Part shown: piece by piece, positions 10,188-21,588 of the stretch
Numbering within the stretch: the first letter of the stretch is position 1
Layout of the letters: each line of letters begins with the position of its first letter
Assembly: GCA_963829525.1 (NCBI GenBank)
Contig: CAWHIJ010000003.1
Coordinates: forward strand, 1,952,001-2,016,000
Source: an uncultured Actinomycetota bacterium
GTDB taxonomy: Bacteria; Actinomycetota; Actinomycetes; JAHEKZ01
DNA: 64,000 nt
Direction of reading: 5' to 3'
Made by a program: the position numbers and the translations under genes
The notes under the pieces: model-generated
Database searches by the model: none
Told to the model about the DNA's origin: nothing
The model's input: only the letters and a program-made list of their open reading frames with translations

Positions 10188-11386
10188 GGCGCAACAGTAG
10201 AGCTCGACGCTGTCGGCCACACCTGCCCACCAAGGACGGTGGCGCGGTTCGTGGACGCACCAAGCCGGGCCACGAGGTCAGCTTCGTGATCGACGTCAAG
10301 CAGAGCAAGGTCAGCGCGCGCTCCGACAGCGACGCGGCCGACGTCGCTCCGTCGCAGGGCCGCCGCTCCCCCACGCGTGGCGGCCCACAGCGCCTCATGA
10401 ACCGGCATCCCGTAGACGAGGCACGCCAGTTGCACGACATACGGCATCGACTCACACCACGAGGTTCCCGGGTTGCAGTCGGTCGAGAGCGCAAGGCTGA
10501 CGCCAGCGTCGCGCAGCACGGCGTACTGATCGAACGCAAAGGTGCGCAGCGAAAGCGTCACCGTCGGTAGAAGCACCCCGACCACGCCGGCTGCGGCCAT
10601 GGCTCTAGCGCCTTCGGGGGTGACGTGTTCGAGGTGGTCAGCACTCGCACAGCCGAGCTCAGCAGCTAAGTCAGCGGCTCCGGTGTGGGCGATCTCTTCA
10701 GCATGGAGTCGCGCACCAAGACCAACTTTGCTTGCTGCCTGTAGAATCCGTCGCGTCTCCTCCAGGGTGAAGATGCCTTCGTCGCAAAAGACATCAACCC
10801 AAGCGGCTCCTCTGGCCGCAGCCCGTGGAACGGTGGCAACCACCTCATCGACGTACTCACCCCGGTCGCGGCCATCCGGTACGACGTGCGCACCAAGGAA
10901 GGTGGCTTCGACGTTCCATGGCAGCTCACTGCCCAAGCGAGCGATCACGTCGAGACACCTGAGCTCATGCTCCGGAGTCAGGCCATAACCGGTCTTGATC
11001 TCGACGGTGGTCGTGCCATTGTCAATCATGCGATGTCCGCGTTCTGCAGCGAGCGCAAAAAGGTCCTCGTCCGAAGCTGAGCGTGTCGCCGCCACCGTTG
11101 TGGCGATTCCGCCGCCGTCGTAGGACTCCCCAGCCAGCCTGGCCACGAACTCCTCGCGCCTGCTGCCCGCCCACACCAGATGTGTGTGCGGATCGACGAA
11201 ACCAGGAATCACCAGGCGTCCAGCGGCATCGAGCTCAGGCGCCTCCGGCCCTTGCGGAAGCTCACGGTCCAGGCCCATCCACGTGATCGCGCCATCGCGT
11301 ACTCGAATGGCTGCGCCCTCGAGCACCTCACTGGCGGCGTCACGCATCGGCAGGAGACGTCCGATGTTGCGCACGAGCAGGTCCAC
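10184..11386 (-). CDS. hutI: Imidazolonepropionase
   Basis: PGFVDPHTHLVWAG, GGGI..TV.ATR, EIKTGYGL, DVFCDEG, HAEE, STDCNPG. Confidence 0.95.
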   Translation of the reverse strand: MDLLVRNIGRLLPMRDAASEVLEGAAIRVRDGAITWMGLDRELPQGPEAPELDAAGRLVIPGFVDPHTHLVWAGSRREEFVARLAGESYDGGGIATTVAATRSASDEDLFALAAERGHRMIDNGTTTVEIKTGYGLTPEHELRCLDVIARLGSELPWNVEATFLGAHVVPDGRDRGEYVDEVVATVPRAAARGAAWVDVFCDEGIFTLEETRRILQAASKVGLGARLHAEEIAHTGAADLAAELGCASADHLEHVTPEGARAMAAAGVVGVLLPTVTLSLRTFAFDQYAVLRDAGVSLALSTDCNPGTSWCESMPYVVQLACLVYGMPVHEALWAATRGGAAALRRSDVGRVAVGARADLALLDVDHEADLVARLGASTNRATVLGGQVWPTASSSTVAP

Positions 11387-11418
11387 GCGCTGATGCTGTC
11401 ACGTCTAGGCTTTGAACT

Positions 11419-12543
11419 GTGGAACCGCAACCAACTGATGCACCTCTCGATGCTGCGCCTGGACTTGTGCCCGAAGACGCCATCAGCCTCGGTGACCTGG
11501 AACCGCTGGCTCGGCAAAGGCTCACCGAGCGCACCTGGAACTACGTGGCCGGTGGCGCTGCCGACGAGCTCTCACTCGGCTGGAACGACTCAGCGTGGCA
11601 AGAGCTGCGCCTTGCGCCTCGGGTGCTTGCTGATGTTTCTGCAGTCGACACGTCCACGCACCTTCTGGGCCGAGATCTGGCGCATCCGATCCTGGTGGCC
11701 CCGACGGCCGCACACCGTCAGTACCACCCCGATGGTGAAGCGGCGACGCGACGTGGCACCGCCGATGCGGAGGCGCTGGCCGTGATGAGCACGCTGGGGT
11801 CGACGCCGGTGACAGACCTAGGAGCTGCCACCGATAGCCCATGGTGGTTCCAGCTCTACGTACAAGCCGACCGCGACTTCACCGCACGGCTCGTTGACGA
11901 CGTCGTTGCGGCTGGAGCCGAAGCTCTGGTGCTCACCGTCGACACTCCGTTGCTCGGTGCCCGCGATCGTGACCGAAGGACGGGCGGCCACACCGTCGAC
12001 GGGTTGCAGCCCCCAGCGCTTTCTGGCGTCCGACCCTCGGTGGTGCTGCCACCCGATCCGCGACCCTTCGAGCGGATCTACAGCCCGCACCTGGATCCGA
12101 GCCTGACGTGGGAAACACTCGAGTGGCTCGTCGACCGATCCCCTGTCCCTGTGCTGGCCAAGGGTGTCGTCCGCGCTGATGACGCGCAGCGGTGCGTGGA
12201 TGCCGGGGTCGGCGGCATCGTCGTCAGCAACCATGGAGCCCGGAACCTCGACACGGTGGTCGCAACTGCCCAGGCGCTTCCTGGCATCGTGCACGTTGTC
12301 GACGGAGCGGTGCCCGTCCTTGTCGACGGAGGTGTCCGCCGCGGCACGGACGTGGCCAAGGCGCTTGCCCTGGGCGCTGATGCGGTGATGCTCGGGCGTC
12401 CGGTGATCTGGGGACTCACCGTGGCCGGGGCCGGTGGCGTGCAGTGGGTGCTCGAGACACTGTGGAGCGAGTTCGCGATGGCAATGGGACTGCTCGGGGC
12501 TGCTCACGTCGACGAACTCACTCCTGACCTGATCTGGCGCTGA
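11419..12543 (+). CDS. FMN-dependent alpha-hydroxy acid oxidase/dehydrogenase
   Basis: WFQLY, LTVD, VSNHGARNLD, DGGVRRGTDVAKALALGA..V.LGRP. Confidence 0.92.
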   Translation: MEPQPTDAPLDAAPGLVPEDAISLGDLEPLARQRLTERTWNYVAGGAADELSLGWNDSAWQELRLAPRVLADVSAVDTSTHLLGRDLAHPILVAPTAAHRQYHPDGEAATRRGTADAEALAVMSTLGSTPVTDLGAATDSPWWFQLYVQADRDFTARLVDDVVAAGAEALVLTVDTPLLGARDRDRRTGGHTVDGLQPPALSGVRPSVVLPPDPRPFERIYSPHLDPSLTWETLEWLVDRSPVPVLAKGVVRADDAQRCVDAGVGGIVVSNHGARNLDTVVATAQALPGIVHVVDGAVPVLVDGGVRRGTDVAKALALGADAVMLGRPVIWGLTVAGAGGVQWVLETLWSEFAMAMGLLGAAHVDELTPDLIWR

Positions 12544-12566
12544 GGCGGGGCCGTCAGCACCAGAGG

Positions 12567-14249
<1,683 letters not shown>

Positions 14250-14348
14250 GCGACCACCTCCTACGAAAGGCCCGGCCAGGACAGGCGCGAAAGTGCGACT
14301 TGGTGCAAGGGCAGGGCGGTAGAGACCTTTGCGGGGCACACTAGCCCC

Positions 14349-14993
14349 ATGACCGACGAGATCGAGGCCATCAGGGCACGCCGACTACTCAGTAGCGGCG
14401 ACGGCGGGTTCGGCCAGCACCTCGACCTCGCAGAGCTGCTGACTACCCGCCGCGCGTCACCGATCAGCGTCTGGATCGACCCGATCTCACCCGCGACCGG
14501 TCTCTTCCTGCCGTACCTCGACATCGATGGGCACTCCAATGGCGGCCGGCCCTGGCGGTTCCGCGGTCATCACGAGGTTCGGCTGCGGCTCCTCCCCGAC
14601 CCCGACGACGAGCTGAGCGACCTCGCCGCCCGATGCATCGTGGCGGTTCGCGCCTGGGCGGTGGCGCGAGGTGCCGGCGATGAGCTCGTGCCGATGGACT
14701 ACGACGTCCCTTGGAGCTACCTCTACCAGCTGCAGCGGGATCTATCCGCCTTACGCACGCAGGGGCTGCCGTACCTGGTGGCTACCGCAGGTCGGGACGG
14801 TGACTGGCTCGGTGACTGGGTGTCGGAGTACTTCGATGCGCCAGAGGTTCACAGCGAGGTGGCTCGGGACGCTGCCACCGCCAGCGCGCTCAGCATCAAG
14901 GCAGCGCCGACGGTGATGGTGGGCGGAACGGTGTTCCGTGCCGAGGAGATGCCCGATGACATCGACACCCAGATCGAGCAGCTGCTCGGCTAG
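14349..14993 (+). CDS. Degenerate DsbA/thioredoxin-fold protein lacking CxxC
   Basis: VWIDPISPAT where D..CP.C is expected; C-terminal A..L.I.AAPTVMVGG cis-Pro loop. Confidence 0.55.
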   Translation: MTDEIEAIRARRLLSSGDGGFGQHLDLAELLTTRRASPISVWIDPISPATGLFLPYLDIDGHSNGGRPWRFRGHHEVRLRLLPDPDDELSDLAARCIVAVRAWAVARGAGDELVPMDYDVPWSYLYQLQRDLSALRTQGLPYLVATAGRDGDWLGDWVSEYFDAPEVHSEVARDAATASALSIKAAPTVMVGGTVFRAEEMPDDIDTQIEQLLG

Positions 14994-15016
14994 CCCCCCA
15001 GGAACGTGCAAGTTGG

Positions 15017-15034
15017 CTGGGGCCATGGCCCCAG
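15017..15034. terminator. Palindromic hairpin between convergent genes
   Basis: CTGGGGCCATGGCCCCAG perfect palindrome. Confidence 0.5.
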
Positions 15035-15052
15035 TGCACTTACACAATGTGG

Positions 15053-15889
15053 TTAGGGATCGGGTGTGGAGGCTGCTCGCTCGGCAAACGTTGCGCGAGC
15101 TCGCTCACTGACCGGCCCCACCTTGAGTGATGACGCGTCGTCCTTGCCCCAGACCACCCGGCTGATCGGCTGCACGTCGCGGGTCGAAGAGGTCAGGAAT
15201 GCCTCCTGAGCATCCTTGAGGGAGTCCAGGTGTAGGGCAGTCTCACGCGCACCGCACCATTCGACGACGAGCTCGCGCGTGATCCCGGCCAGGCAGCCGC
15301 TCTCCAGCGACGGGGTCAGCAGCTCACCGTCGAGCACGACAAAGATGTTGCTTCCGGTGCCCTCACACAACTGGCCGACGGTGTTGGCGAAGATCGCCTC
15401 GCTGGACTGCAGCCGGTGAGCACGGTCCAGGGCAACAACGTTCTCGGCGTAGGACGTGGTCTTGAGGCCGGAGACTGCCGAACGTTCGTTGCGCACCCAG
15501 GGGACGACAGCCACTGATGTCGAAGACTCCCAGGCGCTCTCGGGAGATACCGCCAGCGTCAGTGTCGTGCCGTCGCTTCCGCGGTCCGATCCCAGCGGGC
15601 CGGGCCCCCCGGTCAACGTGATGCGTAGACGGCCGGCGAGGGGCTCAGCCGCAAGCAGCTCGGCGATCCCAGCCCGAACGACCTCGTGGTCTGGTGTCGG
15701 CAGCCCGAGACCGTCCGCCGAACGGTCCAGACGCAGCAGATGCCGGGTGAGGGCGAACGGCTCCCCGCCGCTGACCTTGCAGGTCTCGAAGACGCCGTCG
15801 CCGACAGTGAAGCCGTGGTCGAAAGGCGAGATTCGAGCGTCGTCAGGCTCGGAGAGCCGACCGTTGACCCAGACCTTCATCGGACTCAC
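15053..15889 (-). CDS. pabC: Class IV aminotransferase / 4-amino-4-deoxychorismate lyase-like
   Basis: DHGFTVGDGVFET, H..RL, LKTTSY, EGTGSNIF, CLAGITR. Confidence 0.8.
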   Translation of the reverse strand: MSPMKVWVNGRLSEPDDARISPFDHGFTVGDGVFETCKVSGGEPFALTRHLLRLDRSADGLGLPTPDHEVVRAGIAELLAAEPLAGRLRITLTGGPGPLGSDRGSDGTTLTLAVSPESAWESSTSVAVVPWVRNERSAVSGLKTTSYAENVVALDRAHRLQSSEAIFANTVGQLCEGTGSNIFVVLDGELLTPSLESGCLAGITRELVVEWCGARETALHLDSLKDAQEAFLTSSTRDVQPISRVVWGKDDASSLKVGPVSERARATFAERAASTPDP

Positions 15890-15964
15890 ACCTTCACGGA
15901 ACGTTCGCTGACCTCTGACGACGGCAAGTTACCTCAAGGGAGCCGGCTGAGCGGTAGAGGCAAG

Positions 15965-16980
15965 CTACGGCAACGGGGCGGACTGGGCTGCGACCGCGAG
16001 CAGCCGGTTCGCCTTCAGCTCGGTCTCGTCCCATTCCCGGGCGGCATCTGAGCCCCAGGTGATGCCTGCCCCAGTCCCGAAGTAGAGGCGCTCGGCGTCG
16101 CCCCAGAAGGTACGGATGCCGACGGCCAGGGAGGCGCTTCGCGTGTCAGCGTCCACCCAACCAACAGCCCCGCAGTAGGGGCCACGAGGCGCCATCTCGA
16201 TCTCGTCGATCAAGCGGAGAGCCGACGACTTTGGCGCGCCGGTGATCGAACCCGGAGGGAAGGTCGCCTCGAGAATCTCCACCCATCCGACGTCGGGCCG
16301 CAGACTGCCCCGGACCGTGGAGACCAGGTGGACAAGCCCCGGGTGCTCTTCGTGGCGGAGCAGCGACGAGACCTGGACACTGCCCGTGGCAGCGACGCGT
16401 CCAATGTCGTTGCGCACGAGGTCGACGATCATGATGTTCTCGGCGGTGTCCTTGTCGAGCAGGTCCGCAGCGGTACGCCCGGTGCCTTTGATCGGTGACG
16501 ACTCAAGCAGGTCGCCGTCACGCCGGAGGAAGAGCTCTGGCGACGCGCTGACCACCTCGACGCCGTGCTCGGGCAGCATCACCACGCCGGCATGCGGCGC
16601 TGGGTGGTCTCGGGCCAGGAGCTCGGCCAGTCCACGCAGGTCCCGGCCATCGCGGGATGCGGCGAGGATGCGGCAGATGTTCGCCTGGTACACGGTGCCG
16701 GCGGCAATCGCGGCGCGAATCTGCTCGACTGCGTTCATGTACTGCCCGCGGTTCATCGACGACGCCCACGCAGATCGCCGAACAGCGCGCCACGGCGTTG
16801 TCGACCCTTGCCGTTCGTGTCGGAACCCGCTCGATACGTCCGAATCGGGCCGCGGTGAAGTGCCCTTCGTAGGTGTGCACCACGTGCCCACCAGCCACTT
16901 CCGTCCAGGCATGCCGGGTCGTTGCTGACCTCCTCGAGCCCGGTGGCCAGCATGTCTCCGAAGCGCGCGAATGGTTTCAT
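15965..16980 (-). CDS. pabB: Chorismate-binding protein (PabB/TrpE-like), indel near 16885
   Basis: YQANICR, SASPELFL, SPIKGT, AENIMIVDLVRND, FPPGSITGAPK, RGPYCG; N-terminus MKPFARFG... in another frame. Confidence 0.78.
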
Positions 16981-16996
16981 CGAAAGCGCCGCTCGC

Positions 16997-18586
16997 TCAG
17001 TCGAGCGAACCGGCGACGCCCTCGGCCGCCGCCACGAGGTCGGGAAGCAGCACGTCAACGGCAGCAAGCTGTGGGGCCACTTCGCGGTCGACGTTCATGA
17101 CAGGAACGTGCTCGACGCAGCAAGGCATGAGCGGCAGCCACCGCTGGGCTCGGGGCCGCCGTCGCAGCGCGCAGGTCAATCGCCTGCGCTGCGCAGACCA
17201 TCTCGACCGCAAGGACACTGCGAACATTGCGCACGACCTCGCGCAGCTTGCGCATCGACGTCCACCCCATCGAGACGTGGTCCTCCTGGTTTCCCGAGGT
17301 CGGAATCGTGTCGACGCTGCTCGGGTGCGCGAGCACCTTGTTCTCGCTGACCAGGGACGCCGCCGTGTACTGCGCGAGCATGAACCCGCTGTTGGTGCCG
17401 GCCGCTGGTGCAAGGAAGGGCGGCAGCCCGCGCGAGAAAGCCGGGTCGAGCATGCGGTCGGTCCGCCGCTCGCTGATGGACGCGAGCTCGGAGATGGCGA
17501 TTGCCAGCATGTCGCCGGCGAAGGCGAGCGGCTCACCGTGGAAGTTGCCCGGTCGACATGACCTCGTAGTCGGTCGCCGTCCGGCGTCGGCACGATCACG
17601 GGGTTGTCGACGACGGCTCCGAGCTCGACGGTCAGCACCGACGCCACGTGGCTAGGACGTCGCGCACGGCCCCATGTACCTGCGGCGCGCAGCGCAGCGA
17701 GTAGGAGTCCTGTACGGCGTGCTCGAGGTCATGGCGGTGGCTGGCGAGCAGCCCCGAGCCCGCCAGCAGCCGGCGCAGGTTGTCGGCGACGCGCAGCTGG
17801 CCGACGTGGGGACGGATGTCGATCACCCGGGCATCGAATGCGCGGTCGGTGCCCAGCAGGCCGTCCAGCGACATTGCGCACGCCAGGTCGGCAACCTTGA
17901 CCAGCAGGCGAGCATTGGTCGACCGAGAGCGCCAACCGGGCCTGCATCGGCTCGGTGCCGTTGATCAGGCTGAGCCCCTCCTTCGGCTGCAGCACCAGCG
18001 GTTCGATGCCCTCCTCGGCGAGCAGCTCGGCGGCTGGGCTCCCCCACAGATCGGTCGACCCGGCGCGCCGCAGACGGCCCTCGCCGACGAGCGGCAGGGC
18101 AAGGTGGGCGAGCTGGGCCAGGTCACCCGAGGCACCGACGCTGCCTTGTCCGGGGATGACCGGCAGCAGGCCGCGTTCGAGGAGCAGGAGCAGCCGCTCC
18201 GGCAGCTCGACCCGCACCCCGCTGATGCCGACCGAGAGAGTGCGCGCGCGCAACAGGAGCAACGCCCGGACCACGTCGTCAGCGAGGGGGTCGCCCACCC
18301 CTGCGGCGTGGGAGCGGATCAGGGCCAGCTGCATGGCAGCGAGGTCCCCAGGGGCGATGCGGGTGTTGGCCAGTGCCCCGAATCCGGTGGTGATTCCGTA
18401 CATCACCCGGTTCTCGGCGACGGCTCGCTCGACGACCTCGCGGGTAGGGGCCATCCGGGCGGCGACACCGGCGTCCAGAGTGGTCGCTCGGCGAGCTCGC
18501 GCGACGTCGACCACCTCATCGAGCTCAGGGCATCGCCGGTGACGACCAGGGGCTGGGTGACTGCACGCTTCCGACACGCCCGTCAC
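16997..18586 (-). pseudogene. hutH: Histidine ammonia-lyase, multiply frameshifted as assembled (may be intact in vivo)
   Basis: YGITTGFG, LIRSHAAG, GSVGASGDLA (MIO), [36 protein letters not shown] spread over several reading-frame fragments. Confidence 0.85.
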
Positions 18587-18677
18587 GGTATCCCCTCGGC
18601 CACAGCGCCCGCTTTGGGCTGACCTGCGAGGATCGGCTATCGTTGCCGTTCGCCAGCCCTCACAAGGGGCTGGATTC

Positions 18678-18750
18678 GCGGACGTAGCGCAGCTGGTAGC
18701 GCATCACCTTGCCAAGGTGAGGGTCGCGGGTTCGAATCCCGTCGTCCGCT
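18678..18750 (+). tRNA. tRNA-Gly(GCC)
   Basis: GCGGACGTAGCGCAG...CACCT-TGCCA-AGGTG...GGTTCGAATCCC; CCA not encoded. Confidence 0.96.
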
Positions 18751-18789
18751 CGGAGGGTCTCGCCTAGTCTCACCTGGCAGGCCTGCTCC

Positions 18790-18860
18790 GGTGGAGTGGC
18801 CGAGAGGCGAGGCAACGGCCTGCAAAGCCGTCTACACGGGTTCAAATCCCGTCTCCACCT
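18790..18860 (+). tRNA. tRNA-Cys(GCA)
   Basis: GGTGGAGTGGCCGAG...ACGGC-CTGCAAA-GCCGT...GGTTCAAATCCC. Confidence 0.96.
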
Positions 18861-18911
18861 CGCAGCACGAGTACGAACGAGTCGTACCGCACGAAACCGC
18901 AGCAGTACCGC

Positions 18912-18989
18912 GGGCGATTGGCGCAGTCTGGCTAGCGCGCTTCCCTGACACGGAAGAGGTCACAGGTTCAAGTCCTGTATCGCCCACCA
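18912..18989 (+). tRNA. tRNA-Val(GAC)
   Basis: GGGCGATTGGCGCAG...CTTCC-CTGACAC-GGAAG...GGTTCAAGTCC...CGCCCACCA. Confidence 0.96.
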
Positions 18990-19139
18990 CGTTCCACCAG
19001 CAAGTATGCGCGAAGGTGAGCACAGAAGAGGTCCAGCGTCCCTTGCCGGCTGCCTGTTGAGCAGTCTGCACATCCGTTGGCCGGGCACACAGACATGAGC
19101 CGGTCGCACCCAGGCGCCAAAGAACAGCGTGCGGCACTC

Positions 19140-19193
19140 CATGTCTCGCGCGTTCACCGCTCCCGCCATGTCTCGCGCGTTCACCGCTCCCGC
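19140..19193. repeat. Exact 27-bp tandem duplication
   Basis: CATGTCTCGCGCGTTCACCGCTCCCGC x2. Confidence 0.9.
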
Positions 19194-19279
19194 GCGTGGA
19201 AATGGTCGTACGCGACGAAGAACAGGGCCACCGCCGCCATCACTACGTCCCCGGCCATGATGTCCTCGAATAGGTTCAT
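19181..19279 (-). CDS. Putative 32-aa single-TM small protein
   Basis: Hand translation MNLFEDIMAGDVVMAAVALFFVAYDHFHARER; purine-rich AAGGTGGG upstream; below ORF-track cutoff. Confidence 0.4.
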   Translation of the reverse strand: MNLFEDIMAGDVVMAAVALFFVAYDHFHARER

Positions 19280-19709
19280 TTCGCACCCACCTTGTCGTTG
19301 ACGGGGATGGCGATGGTGAACCTTTACCCGCAGTCGAACAGGTCAAACCCTCGTCGCACGGCCCCTAAGCCGGGCGGCACCGCGTAGTCGCCAATGTCTA
19401 AGAAACGACCACCTGGCCCACGGTTCCCTGACGGAATCCGCCAAGCGACGGCCAGGGCTGACGGTGCTGCCCACCGAATGTCACACCGGCAGCGAACCAG
19501 AACGGTGACGACGCGGTGAGCAGCACCGAGCTCTACGCTCGGAGGAACCTCCAGGCGTCGATAGTTGGTCACTTTCGACCCGACACGGTTCGGGTGTCGG
19601 GACCGATGGAGCGGGGCTTAGGTCTCTGGTTGCCGTAGGAGAGCCGTAGGAGCGTGGTGGGTGATCCCAGTGTGTCCCTTCACTTGCGATGCGATGGAAG
19701 GTGAGTGGC

Positions 19710-20307
19710 GTGCGACGGCAAAGGTGGGTAAGGGTGGGACTGATCGGTGTAATCGGGGCGCTGGTGGTCGCCCCGGCGCCGGGGATGTCGACGGCGGCAC
19801 CGCCGGGGTGAGTTCTTCAAGTACCCGCTCCGAGGAGTTGCCGGATACGAACATGCGGACAATGCGTTACCGCACGATGCGCGACGGGCCGTTCACCCAG
19901 ATCTCCGCGGCTTCTACCACACTTGTGGGCTCCGGGAGTCCGGCAAGGCGGTCTGCTGGGGAGTCAACTACCACGGTCAGTCCAAGGACAAGCCCGGACC
20001 GTTCACCCAGATCTCCGCGGGCGGACGCCACACCTGCGGGCTCCGGGAGTCCGGCAAAGCTGTCTGCTGGGGCTGGAATCGCTTCGGTCAGTCCAAGGAC
20101 AAGCCCGGACCGTTCACCCAGATCTCCGCGGGCGGACCCACACCTGCGGGCTCCGGGAGTCCGGCAAAGCGGTCTGCTGGGCGGAATCGCTTCGGTCAGT
20201 CCAAGGACAAGCCCGGACCGTTCACCCAGATCTCCGCGGGCGGGCTCCACACCTGCGGGCTCCGGGAGTCCGGTAAAGCGGTCTGCTGGGGCAGAGACAC
20301 TCGCTGA
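19710..20307 (+). pseudogene. Secreted RCC1/BLIP-II-like repeat protein, frameshifted as assembled
   Basis: RBS GGAAGGTGAG, signal peptide MRRQRWVRVGLIGVIGALVVAPAPG; repeats GPFTQISAGxxHTCGLRESGKAVCWGxNxxGQSKDKP. Confidence 0.75.
19889..20295 (+). repeat. Four near-identical ~111-bp coding tandem repeats (last one partial)
   Basis: CCGTTCACCCAGATCTCCGCGG starts at 19889, 19999, 20110 and 20218. Confidence 0.93.
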
Positions 20308-21070
20308 CCACGACTCCGGTCACCACAACCAGAGATTCGCCGCGGGGGGTCGTCGTCCGCACCGTCAAGTCGGGCATTCAGCTGGAGAGTTGAGCAGAGC
20401 TGACACCCGCGTTGAAATCGATGTTCAACAACGGCAACCATTCGCGGTGGCTACCTGACGAGTCTTGGCCCACCAGTCGCAGACCTCGGCTGTGTTTTCA
20501 CGCGCGACGACCGGAGCAGTTTCATGTCCAATCGCCGGACAGGCGGGCGGCCCTGGCTTATCGTTCACTTGCGGCCCTGACGCACTCCCCCCGAGCGGTT
20601 AGGGCCGCCCCACCGCGGGAGCGGATTAGCCTTGCCTCTGTTCGTCGATGAGTGCTCGTGTCAGCGCTGGCGTCCGCGACTTCTCGAAGATTGCGGGTGG
20701 AGCGCTCCTCCATCAGGGGCTTGATCGAGTCGATCTGCTCTTGCGTTGCGTCTTCGAACGCGGCGATGGTCCTGGCGTTGGCTGCCTTTGGTTCTGAGGC
20801 GGACTCCTTTGCAGCCGCAAGAGCGGCGCCCAGAGAGATACGAGAACCAATTGCCCTTTGTGCCGAGCGCTCATCGCGCTCTTGACAGCGCGGGTCAATG
20901 CCGATGAACGTCTCAAGACAGACCTCCTGAATGTCCCGCCGCGATCATATTCAAGCTTTCTGTGCGTTCCCTAACTCTGTCCGACCAACCCCTACAACCC
21001 TTATCCCCGCAGGGAATACGGATGCATTGAGCCGGATCACCTAGGCGCTCGATCAGCTGTGTCGGTGGAG

Positions 21071-21430
21071 TCAGGCGTTGGATGGATCGGTCTGCGCCAT
21101 TCGCTCGTAGACGTGCCTGACTTCCTGGCTGTCGGTTGCGACGGTGACCACTTGGTCGAGCCCAGCGACTCCGATCATGCGCGCGACCTTTGGCTGCGCG
21201 TGAAGGACATACACTTCACCGTCCTGTAACTGGCATCGGTGATAGGCCTGCACCAGCAGCGACAACCCGGTGCTATCCATGAAACTCACGTGCTCGACAT
21301 CAATGATCACCAAGGCTGGGCAATCTCTCAGCGCAAGCTCGATGTCAGCGCGATGATCCTCATACCAGTCGAGGTCGATCTCGCCGAAGAGTCCGATGCG
21401 GAGCCATTGACTGCTCTTTTCGATCTTCAT
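21071..21430 (-). CDS. STAS-domain anti-sigma factor antagonist
   Basis: GEIDL, IDVEHVSFMDSTGL with phospho-acceptor Ser, V.RMI.VAGL. Confidence 0.85.
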   Translation of the reverse strand: MKIEKSSQWLRIGLFGEIDLDWYEDHRADIELALRDCPALVIIDVEHVSFMDSTGLSLLVQAYHRCQLQDGEVYVLHAQPKVARMIGVAGLDQVVTVATDSQEVRHVYERMAQTDPSNA

Positions 21431-21588
21431 CGTGCACTCCACAGTGCGTCTGGATGAGCGGCGTATGGCCATACTGGAGAGCCATCGGGCATCTGGCTGT
21501 ACCCGTAATACACAAGATAAGCGCCGAGTCTTACACGCGCAATCATTTTCGCAGGAACGCTGCTCACTCAGCCCGTACCGCCGATTGT

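Noticed and set aside
19889-20295. ~110-bp periodic repeats as a CRISPR array or DGR template/variable repeat
   Set aside because: Whole units repeat with no unique spacers, they translate to RCC1-like blades, and no cas or reverse transcriptase gene is present
20412-20916. Short ORFs including 20713..20916 with an AGGAGG RBS
   Set aside because: No recognisable domain and the frame is uncertain in an indel-prone region
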